DNA from: Naegleria gruberi
Lineage: Eukaryota
Reading direction: 5' to 3' (one strand)
Assembly: GCA_000004985.1 (NCBI GenBank)
Contig: GG738862.1
DNA: 64,000 bases
The notes under the pieces were generated by a model. It searched no databases. It saw only the letters and a program-made list of their open reading frames with translations, and was not told where the DNA came from. The translations under genes were made by a program, and so were the position numbers. Positions 24,045-34,948 of the stretch are shown here, piece by piece; positions within the stretch are counted from its first letter, which is position 1, and the number at the start of each line of letters is the position of its first letter.

Positions 24045-25190
24045 TTATTGAAGAGAAAAAACTTCATAATCTTCAATTTGGAAATATTGTGATCCTGTCA
24101 AGTATGATTGTGCGGTTGAACCTGGTGTCAATATTCCATCACCATAGCTGTGACCTAGATTAGCATAATTGTAATTATCTGCAATATGTAAATCATGTCC
24201 TGCTCCAAATGCTGGTCCATATTGAGGATTGTGATAAATTGAGTATTGAGAAGAGTTGTCTCCAATCTTGAAGTAATATCCATATTGTTGAGTCAATTTT
24301 GTAAATCTTTCAACTTTGTCAGCTGAAACTAAACTAAATAGAAATGCTGATTTGTCTGGAAAGAATGCTCCAGTAGTTGAGGTCCATGAAATACTTGTAT
24401 AACCTCCAAATACAGCACCTGTTTTTGCCTTGACAATTACAACGGTTGAACCTTTGTTATCACATTTCGAATGGAATGCTTGAGCTGAGAAACCATCTCT
24501 TGATGCCTTAAATATTAATTTGAGTCCATTTGGTGTTGGAATGCCATTCAATATTTCTGTTGCTAATCTTTCTGATTGTTTTTGAGATAATAGTGTTGAA
24601 TCTTTCAATCCACTTATTTTGGATTCGAGTTCTTTCTTTACTTGTTCTTCCTTATTCTTCTTTTCTTGTTCTTCTTTCAATTTCTTTTGATATTTGAGTT
24701 TCTTCTCTTGTTCTTCTTTCATCTTTGTTTCCAGTTCCTGCGAGGATTCAGATTTGAGCTGTTTGTTATCTTTGAGTTTATTCTTTTGGTTTTCTTTAGA
24801 TTTAGATTCATGTCTTTCATGTAATGGTCTTGTTTGATATAATAGTTCAAGATTTTCAATTTCAATTTCCAAAATAGATTTCAATTCATTCAATTCATTT
24901 CTTGTTGTTGATTTATCAGATGTGTAAGATTTAAACAAAGATGATTTCTTTCCACTCACTTCAAATGCATCCAATAAAATGTTAATTTCCTTCAATGCAT
25001 TTGATGTGTCTTTCAAATATTGCTTTTTATCTTTCAATACTTTGAACACATCTCTTGTTGAATATGTTGATGATGAAGAATTGTTGCTTGTTCCTTTACT
25101 AAGTAATGTTACTGTTGATGATTGTGCATGTGTAGCCATTACTAATGCACTCATCAATATTATTAAGGCAAATAAACAACAACGCAACAC
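24045..25190 (-). CDS. Secreted coiled-coil TLDc-domain protein (381 aa)
   Basis: Signal peptide MLRCCLFALIILMSALVMATHA. K/E-rich coiled coil (KEEQEKKLKYQKKLKEEQEKKNKEEQVKKELESK). TLDc core LIFKASRDGFSAQAFHSKCDNKGSTVVIVKAKTGAVFGGYTSISW ... DKSAFLFSL ... GAGHDLHI. Confidence 0.8.
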   Translation of the reverse strand: MLRCCLFALIILMSALVMATHAQSSTVTLLSKGTSNNSSSSTYSTRDVFKVLKDKKQYLKDTSNALKEINILLDAFEVSGKKSSLFKSYTSDKSTTRNELNELKSILEIEIENLELLYQTRPLHERHESKSKENQKNKLKDNKQLKSESSQELETKMKEEQEKKLKYQKKLKEEQEKKNKEEQVKKELESKISGLKDSTLLSQKQSERLATEILNGIPTPNGLKLIFKASRDGFSAQAFHSKCDNKGSTVVIVKAKTGAVFGGYTSISWTSTTGAFFPDKSAFLFSLVSADKVERFTKLTQQYGYYFKIGDNSSQYSIYHNPQYGPAFGAGHDLHIADNYNYANLGHSYGDGILTPGSTAQSYLTGSQYFQIEDYEVFSLQ

Positions 25191-25635
25191 AATTGTGACG
25201 ATTGTTGGTACAGATATTACTGTTAATCTGTTTCATTCAACAGATCCACAACTATTAAATGTTGGTTATCTTTTTGTGGGCCTGAAAATAGAAGTACAAC
25301 ACAATATGGTAATTGAATGTGATTACAACTATTACAATTGGACAATTAAAGAAATATTGAAAGTTCAATAATAATTATCACAGTTACTCCATTAAAAGGA
25401 CAATTAACTTGACTCTCATCCAATTTTTAACCATACCAGTGATATTTAAATAATCTTAAATAACCCATTCTGGGCCCAAAATGATATTTACTTTTAAAGA
25501 AACTTTACTTTGTAAATTTGGAAGTTTGACAAAAAAGATATGTAATTTGTTTGGAGAAACACTTGCTTTGGGTTATTCAAAAAACACTATAAAACACCAC
25601 CTATTCACACCTTACTTGAAACAATCGAAAAAGAA

Positions 25636-26385
25636 ATGGAAAAATCATCAAATAACTCCAATTTGGTTTTCATTACAGGTGTAACTGGTCATTTGGGAAG
25701 TGTTCTTTGTAAGAAACTGTGTGAATGTGGCTACAAGTGTAAAGGTTTGGTTAGAGATGAAGATTCCAAAACCTTGGCCATGAAGGAGATGGGTTGTTCT
25801 GATGTAATTGTTGGTGATTTGGTAGATTGCAATCCAAGTGACATGGTTGACTGGTTGAAAGATTGTGATTTTGTCATTGATGCTGCAGGAGCTTCAATGC
25901 AATCAGAAATTGAACAGGTTGAATTCATTGCAGGAAAGAAACTATTCGATGCTGCTGTCAAATCCAATGTGAAAAAGTATATTTGCATGTCTGCGCTAGG
26001 TTGCGATATCATTGCCTCTGGACAAACTGGAAAGGAACAACAATTGGTTTGTAAAACATGTAGTGAGAATCCAAAGTATGCTAAATCTCAATACAAGTTG
26101 GATAAGTACATTCAAGATCAAGCTCCAAGAAATTTGGACTATCTCATTGTCAGATGTGGAGATTTAACTCAAGAGAGTGGATGTAATAAGATTATGGTGG
26201 CTCCCAATTTGAGTAAGAAGTATCATGAAAAGAATTGTTGCGTGTCCAGGCAAGATTTGGCAAACTTTATCGTGGCTGCCATGAAGAGCAATAACTTGAC
26301 AAGAACTACTCTCGAGGTGATTAATAGTGAAAGAGATGGAGTAGCACCAGAGGAAGCTCTTAAACAAATTAATGTTGCCATCTAA
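25636..26385 (+). CDS. NmrA-like/atypical SDR NAD(P)-binding protein (249 aa)
   Basis: N-terminal Rossmann motif VFITGVTGHLGSVLCKKL (GxTGxxG). Sized and patterned like the NmrA/HSCARG family. Confidence 0.65.
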   Translation: MEKSSNNSNLVFITGVTGHLGSVLCKKLCECGYKCKGLVRDEDSKTLAMKEMGCSDVIVGDLVDCNPSDMVDWLKDCDFVIDAAGASMQSEIEQVEFIAGKKLFDAAVKSNVKKYICMSALGCDIIASGQTGKEQQLVCKTCSENPKYAKSQYKLDKYIQDQAPRNLDYLIVRCGDLTQESGCNKIMVAPNLSKKYHEKNCCVSRQDLANFIVAAMKSNNLTRTTLEVINSERDGVAPEEALKQINVAI

Positions 26386-27890
26386 TCATGAATAATCAAC
26401 ACATCGTGGAAAGGAACTGTCTCTGAAGAGTGAGTCAATTCGTGAGTTGCATACCTTTTCATTTTCAATAAATTATTGATCAGTAAAGTGTTATTTCTAA
26501 TAACATCCATCATGACTGCAATCAAACTGCTTCCACAAGCCACATCAATCACTGTATGGCTATCAATGTAATTAGCAAGCTCAACGTTTTCAGCATACTG
26601 CACCTTTAATTTTTCCATAATATTGTAAGGAGTATTAGGAGCATTCGTTGCTGAACCACATGACATTAATTCCCTGGTTCTAGGATTGAACGAAACAATA
26701 CTTGTGAAACCTCCAAACATTCTCAAATCATGAGCATAATCCACATGCTTTGAAAATTGATATGATTTCACAGTCTCGAATCCACCTATATTATCATGCC
26801 CCACGTATCCATTAATCATAAATAAATTATTGGTTGTGTAACAAGTGAGATGGCTCAATCTTAATGCATTAATATTTACAACTCCAGGAATACTTGGTAA
26901 TTTCTCTAATACATTGGATGATGTGACTGAAAGAGTTTGTCCATAATTATTCATTCCCATCACATAAATATCTCCATTCACTGTTTGAACAATCATGTGT
27001 CCATAACCTGCTGTAATATTTCTAATAATTGGATAACCAGTTCCAACTGTAAATGGAGTAAAATCAGTCAATTGTTGTTCCACTCTTCCTGCAATGTAAA
27101 TGTATCGATTATCCAAAACTACAATGGTGCTATACGTTCCACAAACTGCATGTGTAATTCGTTGTCCATCCATAATAATGTGTTTTGTGGCAACCAAACT
27201 GAATGGTTCCACTCCAGAAGTAGTTGGTTTCTCCAATTTACCATATTGACTATTTTCAGAAAGGACATCTTTAGAATCATCATTTGGTGTAATGAATACA
27301 ATTTGAAATCAAATGTACTTACGAACATAAATCTTGTTACTCTCCTTAATGGCAATCACATGATAATAGCCAGCCAATAAAAACTAATGATCATCATATT
27401 ATGTTAAAATACACACAAAATGATATGAAACTTACCTTTACTTTTGTCTTATCATTGGCAAAATCCTCAGATGTTGGTACAATTATTGTTTCTATTGTAT
27501 TATTCTCTGCAGCATCACTTCTCAAAATGAGTCCTTTCGCTGTGTGCCCATATTTAATAAATAAATAAATTAAAATCATGATCAATAATATATTTAAATA
27601 TAATATTAGAGATGATCACAAAACATACCTGTAGAACAAAAGAATTGTGATCCGGGTGCAGTGATCATATGAATCTGATCATTTCCGACCTCTTTGGGCA
27701 TTTTGATCTTCAAATAAAGTTGATCTTTGAATGCAATAAAGACCTTCCTCTCTACACATGGCAAATCACTCAAATTAGAAGGATCAAAAGATGAATTTTG
27801 TTGTTGATGTCTCTTTTCTGCTATATTACTGTGATTATTATTGCTGCTGATCATTTTTCTGTTTTTTCTAGAGCTTGTTTTGTTGCCCAT
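26382..27890 (-). CDS. N-myristoylation-motif RCC1-like beta-propeller repeat protein, multi-exon with about four exons (internal boundaries approximate)
   Basis: Exon 1 (27633-27890) starts MGNKTSS (Gly2/Ser6 myristoylation consensus) and ends at a gtatgt donor. On the minus strand, candidate introns are 89 nt (gtatgt...cacacag), 52 nt (gtaagtttcat...cattag) and 54 nt (gtaagtacat...ctaaag), with consistent phases. The last exon (26382-27280) has RCC1-like repeats: GYGHMIVQTVNGDIYVMGMNNYGQ and HAVCGTYSTIVVLDNRYIYIAGR. Its stop overlaps the stop of the convergent gene at 25636-26385. Confidence 0.55.
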
Positions 27891-28261
27891 TTATTTTTAG
27901 GTTGTGTTTGATGAACTTTTGTTCATGATCACCGATCAAGTGTAAGCATGTCCATCTAATGAGCCAAGCAAGGAGTGAATAAGTTTTTTAAAACATGCTC
28001 ATTGTTAAAGAAGCAATGAATACATTGAGATGATTACCACCATTCAATGAACACTCATTTAACACTAAATAATGAATGTTCAATAACAAACAATCTAAAA
28101 CTGGGATATTCATATCTAAAATTGTTCCCATTATTATTGTACTGGACTCTATATCCCTCCTTAATTAATTTGAACATCTGTAAATCACTGTAAATATCTA
28201 TGTATTACAATAACTGTTTTAGTCATCCACACAATAATCCCTTGGAAAAGCAAACAAAAAA

Positions 28262-29410
28262 AATGTATCAATATAAAGCATTGCTTAGTGTCACTTTGCT
28301 GATAGTTTGTTTACTGGCATTAAGTATTTTGCATGTTCCATCATCTGTTTTGTGTGCTTCCTCAAGTAGCTCATCAAGTAATGGAACTGTGAGAGAATGG
28401 CTGAGTGACTTGAATGATCAAGCTGCTAACTTACAATCCTCTGCTTCTAGATTGCAAAAAGCTATTGCAATTTTGAGTATGGCCAACAATACAGCATCCA
28501 TCATCAGCATGAGGAGTGCTCAACTCAAGAAGATTAATTATGCTCTTGACATGATTAATCAAGAAATTTCAATCTTTAAAACCACATGCAGTAATAATGA
28601 TGGTCCTGATTGTACCATTCCTATATGTGTATCAAAGTGTTTGAATTGTACTGCACCTGGCATATGCTCACAATGTTATGGCAATTGGAATGGTACTGAC
28701 TGTTCCTATTGTAAGATGGGATGGAAAGGCATTGATTGTAACACTTCTCAATGTGATTCAAAGTGTTTGATATGCACTGGACCCTCTCAATGTTCAGTTT
28801 GTTCTGGTAACTGGGATGGTGCTAACTGTACTACTTGTAAGGCAGGATGGGCAGGAACTAATTGTGCTACCCAAGTTCCTGTGGGAGATTTATCATCTTC
28901 TTCCATATTGACACCAGTTAATGCCACAAGATTTGTTTCTGAAATAGTTAATAGTGTAAGATCCAAACCAATTACACTATTGTATAGATCTTCAAGAGAT
29001 AGTTATAATCCTTCAATCTTCCATAGTTTATGTGATAATAAGGGGCCAACTATTACAATTGTTAAGGCTAATACGGGAGCCATATTTGGAGGTTATACTT
29101 CAATTAGTTGGAATTCAGGTGGTGTCAATTTTATAGTGACCCAAATGCTTTCTTATTTAGTATTATTTCTTCAACAGGAGAGCAAAGATTTACAAAGATA
29201 CTCCAACAACCACCATACGCCTATAGTATTTATACATCTTACCACCATTTCCCTGTATTTGGTGCCGGGAATGATCTTTATATTGGCACAAGTTATTGCA
29301 GCACTACCCCTTCCTCATACATATATCAATCCAGAGCTTATTTCGCTTGTCTCCCAAATGTTAATTGTGATACTTGGGTTCTTTCAGATTTCGAGGTTTA
29401 CTCGTTGTAA
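28262..29410 (+). pseudogene. Truncated paralogue of the 60-1919 Cys-repeat/TLDc gene with a 1-nt frameshift inside the TLDc region (pseudogene or assembly indel)
   Basis: The first ~420 nt, 5' flank included, are ~95% identical to 60-480. Only about three Cys-rich modules remain. The reading frame breaks at about 29129-29132 in a T-run (...ISWNSGGVNF then SDPNAFLFSIISSTGEQRFTK continues in the +2 frame). The ORF-track pieces are 28200-29420 and 29108-29410. Confidence 0.6.
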
Positions 29411-29963
29411 GCAAATTTAATCTGACGAAAACAACATGTGGATACTCAATACTGTTGAAACCTTTCAAATAGGGACTGTGGCAAGATAAATGATCTGGTG
29501 GTTCCAAAACACTGCTGTGATAGCAGCATTCCCAATATTTCTTATTGTGCCATCCAAAAGAGATAATTTACTAGTAAATGATTGCATATCCTTTCACTTC
29601 AGCCTCACAAACAACTCTACAGTATCCAAAGGAAGCCTTCTCGTTTTTCCTTTCTATTCTTGATATCCACCAGTGGCTGTATCCTTGTTCATTTCGGTTT
29701 TTCCTTCCATGAATTGTTTAATTAAGTCCACTGTTTGATTTTTCCTTCCATGTATTGTTTAATGAAGTCCACTGTTATTGATTCTTGTTGATGGTTATTC
29801 TGTTATTATTGTTGATGATGATGCAGTTTGTTGCCAAGAGTCAGAATTTTATGAATCATCAGACTAGGATGATACCTCCTTTCTCTTTCTTGCCATTTTT
29901 TTTAAACATTAAATTAAACTTTGTTACAAAGGCGGGAACAAGTTCATAGTCTTACAAAAAAAA

Positions 29964-31113
29964 ATGCCTTCAAGTGATTATGTTGTTCCCTATGGTTTTG
30001 ATTTTGGAAGTTACATGACACAGGCTGGAAATACCGATCACTACAATTCTTCAGCAGATTTTCGAACAATCATGGGATTTCCAAAGGAAAAACCAATCAT
30101 GGCCTTATTATTGGATTCGGAGAGAAATTATGGATCAAGTAGAATGAAGGAAGGCTGGATTGGAGATGAAGTATTTTGGAAGAGTGGAATTGCTCGTTTG
30201 GAATATCCTATTCGGAGAGGAATTGTTAAGGATTGGAATTTATTTGAGTTGTTTCTAGAGTTTGCCTTTTCGAATGCTTGTAGAATATCGAGTGCTGAAC
30301 ATCCAATAATTGTTACTGATTCTCCTTTTGTTCCGAATCAGCAGATCGAAAATGACTGAATTGATGTTTGAGAGATTTAATGTTCCTGCTTTTGCAATGA
30401 TCAATTGTGCAATGGCCAGTTGTATGCATTATGGAAGAACAACTGGAACAATTGTAACTTCTGGAGAGGGAAAAACTTTCGTACAATCATTTTATGAAGG
30501 CTATTTGTTGAAGGAATCTATTGTAAAGATGGAAGTTGGAGGTTGGGATATTACTGAAAATCTTCAAAGAATGCTCAATCAAAAAGGACATTCTTTCAAG
30601 ACTTCAAGTGACTTTGAAGTTGTGAGATTGATTAAGGAAAAGCTATCCTTTTTAAAGATGAGTGAAGCTGAAATGATGGTAGAGAAAGAATATGAGCTAC
30701 CAGATGGAAATATTATCAATTTGGGAGAGGAATTGCACGAATGTGTCGAGCCATTATTTAACCCACATTTGGCTGGACTTGATTGTTTGGGCGTTCATGA
30801 GCTTGTTACCAAATCAATTCAAGATTGTACTATTGATGTGAGGATGGATCTGTATAGAAATATATTACCTGCTGGCGGTAATACAATGATTTCTAATTTT
30901 ACTGGTCGATTGAAATGTGAAGTTGAAGCATTGGCTCCACCTAATGCCAAAGTCAAAGTTATAGATGATGCATCGAGAAAGTATTCGGCTTGGAATGGAA
31001 TGGCAACTCTTTCTAACATGTCAAGCTTTCAAGATAAGTGGTACACAAAAGAATACTATGAGGAGAATGGGTCGTCTTCTTTACTGAGGAGTTGTGTTAA
31101 TTTTTCTGGGTAG
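29964..31113 (+). CDS. Divergent actin-related protein (Arp/actin fold), with an apparent 1-nt frameshift at about 30349-30352
   Basis: The two ORF-track pieces align end to end with actin: GIVKDWNLFELFLEFAFSNACRISSAEHPIIVTDSPFVPNQQIEN, then MTELMFERFNVPAF...GRTTGTIVTSGEGKTFVQSFYEGY...YELPDGNIINLGEELHECVEPLFNPHLAG...VRMDLYRNILPAGGNTMISNFTGRLKCEVEALAP...RKYSAWNGMATLS. They are split inside a gaaaatg A-run. Confidence 0.75.
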
Positions 31114-31282
31114 TGATTTAAATTATTCCAGTAATTTTGGACGATTCTTCTTTCCTTATTGAAGCAATAAGGTAAAAAAAAGCACCCAACAACATTGGAA
31201 AGCCACAAATGGCTGTCTGAACACAAAAGAATGTGTAAACAGATGTTCTTTCATAACAGGAATAATTATTGAAGATGAAAAC

Positions 31283-31711
31283 CTACATGATACAAAATAC
31301 ACACTGCACTGGATTCAAATTAAAGGTTGACAAGGTGATACAAACCACTTGTGGCCATCCTCGTGGTCGTAAGATTGAATCAACACTTTTGTCCTGCTTT
31401 GTGAATTCACCCACAAAATGCCCAATGTAGATAAAGATTGCCAACACAATACAGTAAATTCCAGGAGCTGTTGTAAATGCCATAGATGACGACCTATCCT
31501 GTGCCATCAGAATTGCTACCAACCCAAATATGAACAGAAAGTAAATATTACTATTAACAAGAACACGAGCGAGTGGGGCAAACTCTAATCCTTTCGACAG
31601 GGTGACTGCCATACTTTCAGGAGGTTTATATTTGCTTTGTCTTCGCTGTTTAATGCTATCAGATTCTGAATGGGTTGTTTCGAGGAGTGGTACTTTTAGA
31701 GTTCTTGACAT
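31283..31711 (-). CDS. Small two-TM membrane protein ending in a CaaX-like CIM (142 aa)
   Basis: Two hydrophobic helices. The C-terminus is ...QCVFCIM then stop (Cys-aliphatic-aliphatic-Met, a farnesylation-type box). Short ORF, so uncertain. Confidence 0.4.
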   Translation of the reverse strand: MSRTLKVPLLETTHSESDSIKQRRQSKYKPPESMAVTLSKGLEFAPLARVLVNSNIYFLFIFGLVAILMAQDRSSSMAFTTAPGIYCIVLAIFIYIGHFVGEFTKQDKSVDSILRPRGWPQVVCITLSTFNLNPVQCVFCIM

Positions 31712-31860
31712 TGTTTTGATTTGTTTTTTTATCTTCTTAATAAGTCCGTGAAATCTTCTATTTTCTCTTGTTTGTTCTGTTTGGAGTTCGTAAGTGCAAA
31801 CAATGTTCTGAATTTAACAATTTAAAAAGCTGTAAACATGGGGTGAAATAAACTCTTTAT

Positions 31861-32889
31861 TTAATCAATACGAATGACAACCTTACCAACATGCTTTTGA
31901 GATTCCATATGCTTGAATGCTTCTTGAGCTTGATCAAAACTAAAGACCTTATCAACAACTGGATGAATATCATTATTTTCAATAGTCTTGACCATATCTT
32001 CAAACATGGCACGAGAACCAACAATGAATCCTCTCAAAATTGCTCCAGAAAATAAAACACTCATTCCAACATCAAAATTATCATTTGGATCCTTTTGAGC
32101 TAATAAACCAATCATGTGAACTTGACCTCCTCTCTTGACAGATTGTAAAGAACGTTGCAAAGTGCCAGCACCTCCAACTTCAATAACATGATCAACACCA
32201 TTTGGCACAATTTCTCTAACTTTTTCTTGCCAATTTGGAGTTTTAGAATAATTAATTAAATGTTGAGCTCCCAAAGATTTGGCCTTTTCCAATTTTTCAT
32301 CACTTGAAGAAACAACAATGACCTTTGCACCAGCAGCAACTGCAAATTGAGCAGCAAAGATGGAAACACCACCAGTTCCAATAACCAAAACTGATTGAGA
32401 TGGTCCAACATGTTTAATTCCATTTTGTGCAAGTGCATGATAAGCAGTCAATCCAGCACATGGCAAAGTAGCTGCCTCTTCAAATGTCAAATTGGATGGC
32501 ATCTTGATAATTCCATGCTTTTCAAAAACTCTATATTGACTCAAAACTCCATGACTCGATCCACCCAAATCATTGGCCATATGTTCATCCTTCATATCTC
32601 CAGCAATCCAATCCTGATGAAACAATCCACATACTCTATCTCCAACAACAAATTCCGAAACATCCTCTCCAACACTCACAACTTCACCTGCTCCATCCGA
32701 GCAAGGAATTAATTGTGATGGAAATGGTCCCGGATACAAACCCTTAACCACCAATAAATCACGAAAATTCAAGGAAGCAGCACGCATACGAACGAGTACT
32801 TGTCCTCTTTTTGGTTGCGGAATGGTGGCTTCCTGGGTGAGAGCCAAATTTTCAATGCCTTCGTGTTTGGCAATGTGGTAGGATTGCAT
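31861..32889 (-). CDS. Medium-chain dehydrogenase/reductase, quinone oxidoreductase/zeta-crystallin-like (342 aa)
   Basis: GQVLVRMRAASLNFRDLLVVKGLYPG... then a nucleotide-binding VLVIGTGGVSIFAAQFAVAAGAKVIVVSSSDEKLEKAKSLGA. Typical MDR length. Confidence 0.8.
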   Translation of the reverse strand: MQSYHIAKHEGIENLALTQEATIPQPKRGQVLVRMRAASLNFRDLLVVKGLYPGPFPSQLIPCSDGAGEVVSVGEDVSEFVVGDRVCGLFHQDWIAGDMKDEHMANDLGGSSHGVLSQYRVFEKHGIIKMPSNLTFEEAATLPCAGLTAYHALAQNGIKHVGPSQSVLVIGTGGVSIFAAQFAVAAGAKVIVVSSSDEKLEKAKSLGAQHLINYSKTPNWQEKVREIVPNGVDHVIEVGGAGTLQRSLQSVKRGGQVHMIGLLAQKDPNDNFDVGMSVLFSGAILRGFIVGSRAMFEDMVKTIENNDIHPVVDKVFSFDQAQEAFKHMESQKHVGKVVIRID

Positions 32890-33177
32890 TTTGCACAGTT
32901 TTCGAGTTTTTTGATTTTTTTTTTATTTTTTTTAAATTTGTTTTTGGCGCGAGATTCTTGTGAGAATTAATTTTTTTGAGATTTGTGATGAATTTGATAA
33001 AATTGGAAGGTTGTGAGAGTGGATTGTTTTAAGATATTTGTTAAGCTTTGATGTTCTTTGGATTGTTTTCATCAAGATAAACACTTTTGAAAAGAAACTG
33101 AAAGAGAACAGAAAAGATTAAGGATGACAAGAGATGAAAGTACTTTAAAAAGAGTGAGAAACAAATGATTCTTACAT

Positions 33178-34625
33178 TTATTTAGAAAATTCTATGAATT
33201 TGTTAATGGCATCAACTTCTTGTTGCATTGTTTCGTCTCTAATTTCATTAATTTCATTTGTGAAATAATTCAAGAGTTGACCAAATTTGGAATTCCATTC
33301 TTCTGAGCTAGTTGAAGGTTTTGTATTTGTTGTATAATCATGGCTTTGTTGTACAGTATCCATTTCTTGTAAGTAACCTTTCACATTCTCAACATATCTC
33401 ACCAAAGCAATTGCCTTTCGAATACCATTAGTTTCGAAATAATTTTCAAGATTTGAGTCAACATTGACATGTTTTTCCTCTCTAACCTTCTTACCCTCAA
33501 CAGTTTCATATGAAAGTGTCAATTTCACATTCGAAACTCCCTTAAAATTATTCTTTGCTTTCAACCTTAATAAAATTATTCCACCCTTAACTCCTCTTTC
33601 GTCCAATTGACCAGCTGAACAAGTATCCACTTTCATAATTTCTCCAGTCGATTCTCCAGCAAAATTTGTCCCAAAACATTTTTCAATTTCATAATTTTCA
33701 CATTCCATAGTCAACTTGACATTGTAACAAATTGGCGTTACAATATAATTGAAATCCTCATTCAAAATCTTCTTAAATTCTTCGGTAGATTTGACTGAGA
33801 AATAATTACAACCACGAACTCGAGTCAATTCGTCCACAATTTTCGAATTAAAGTCCAAACCAATTCCAACAAAAGTGGAAAAGATAGAATATGGACCAGA
33901 ATTCGCATCTTTTGTGAGAATATCGAGAGTGGCAGTACCACCAACATTTGGACAAGCATCTGTCAAGTAAATGATTCGATTAGAGTTGGATAAATCAGAC
34001 GAATCTAAACTGGAAAATAGATCAATTCCTCTTTGCATGCCAGCTTCGAAATTTGTACTTCCTTTCTCTTTAATGTTTAGAACAGTTTCCTTGAGTGATT
34101 TCTTATCTAAATCCTGAACTATTGTTAGAGGAAGCAAAGTTTCGGCCTTATCATCGAATAAAACAATTCCCAATCTTTCGAATTCTCTCAAATTTTCAAT
34201 TATTTCACAAATTACTTCATTAGCAACTTGCATTTTAGTTTTTTCCTTGCTGGACATGGCAGATCCCATCGATCCACTAATATCCAATACAATCTTTACA
34301 ATAAAGTTTACAATAAATGTTAAATTAATAAACATACGACGAGATTCAAATCTTTTCTTTCATTGAGTCCATCTTTACAGCTGTGTAATCCTAAAGCCAA
34401 GTGAAGTTGCTTTTCCAAAGTGATCGGATCGTGATCAATAGCAATCGAATAGGCAGCTTCCAATAACTTATCCGAAACTTTCAAACCAGTTTGATAAAAG
34501 TATTCTTTCATAATTCCTTCAAATGTAATAGAAGAAGGCAAAGGCAATCCTGCTCCATTACTATTAAACAAGACATCTCTAAATGCTCCAATATTGAATG
34601 CTCCCGAAGAGTGTGATGCTCCCAT
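33178..34625 (-). CDS. vWA-domain protein with an N-myristoylation motif (two exons, ~470 aa)
   Basis: Exon 1 (34338-34625) starts MGASHSS. A 44-nt intron on the minus strand, plus-strand 34294-34337 (gtatgt...gtaaag), joins ...KDLNLV to IVLDISGSMGS, the vWA MIDAS motif DxSxS. This gives a clean beta-strand, LNLVIVLDISGSMG. The ORF-track start at 34335 lies inside the intron. Confidence 0.7.
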
Positions 34626-34948
34626 TATGACAAAATTATTCGAATAAAACTTGCAAACTGCTTTTGATCTATTGATATTTTTTTGATTGAATGAAACTGC
34701 TGTTTCTGGTGGAGTTTAAAGAAATTTGAAATGTTACAAAGTTCAGAGATAAAAGGAGCGCTGATGTTAATCATGACGTGGAGATTTGTTGTAAACAATT
34801 CAATATCTATGTAAAGCATTATACAATGAACCAAATTTTCATTTCCAATTTTATATTAGAATAAGCCAAGAATTTTGTTGTAAATTTCCAATTTATTTTG
34901 TGAATATGTTACATTGAAACAGTAAACTGTGCGCTCAAAATATAGAGC

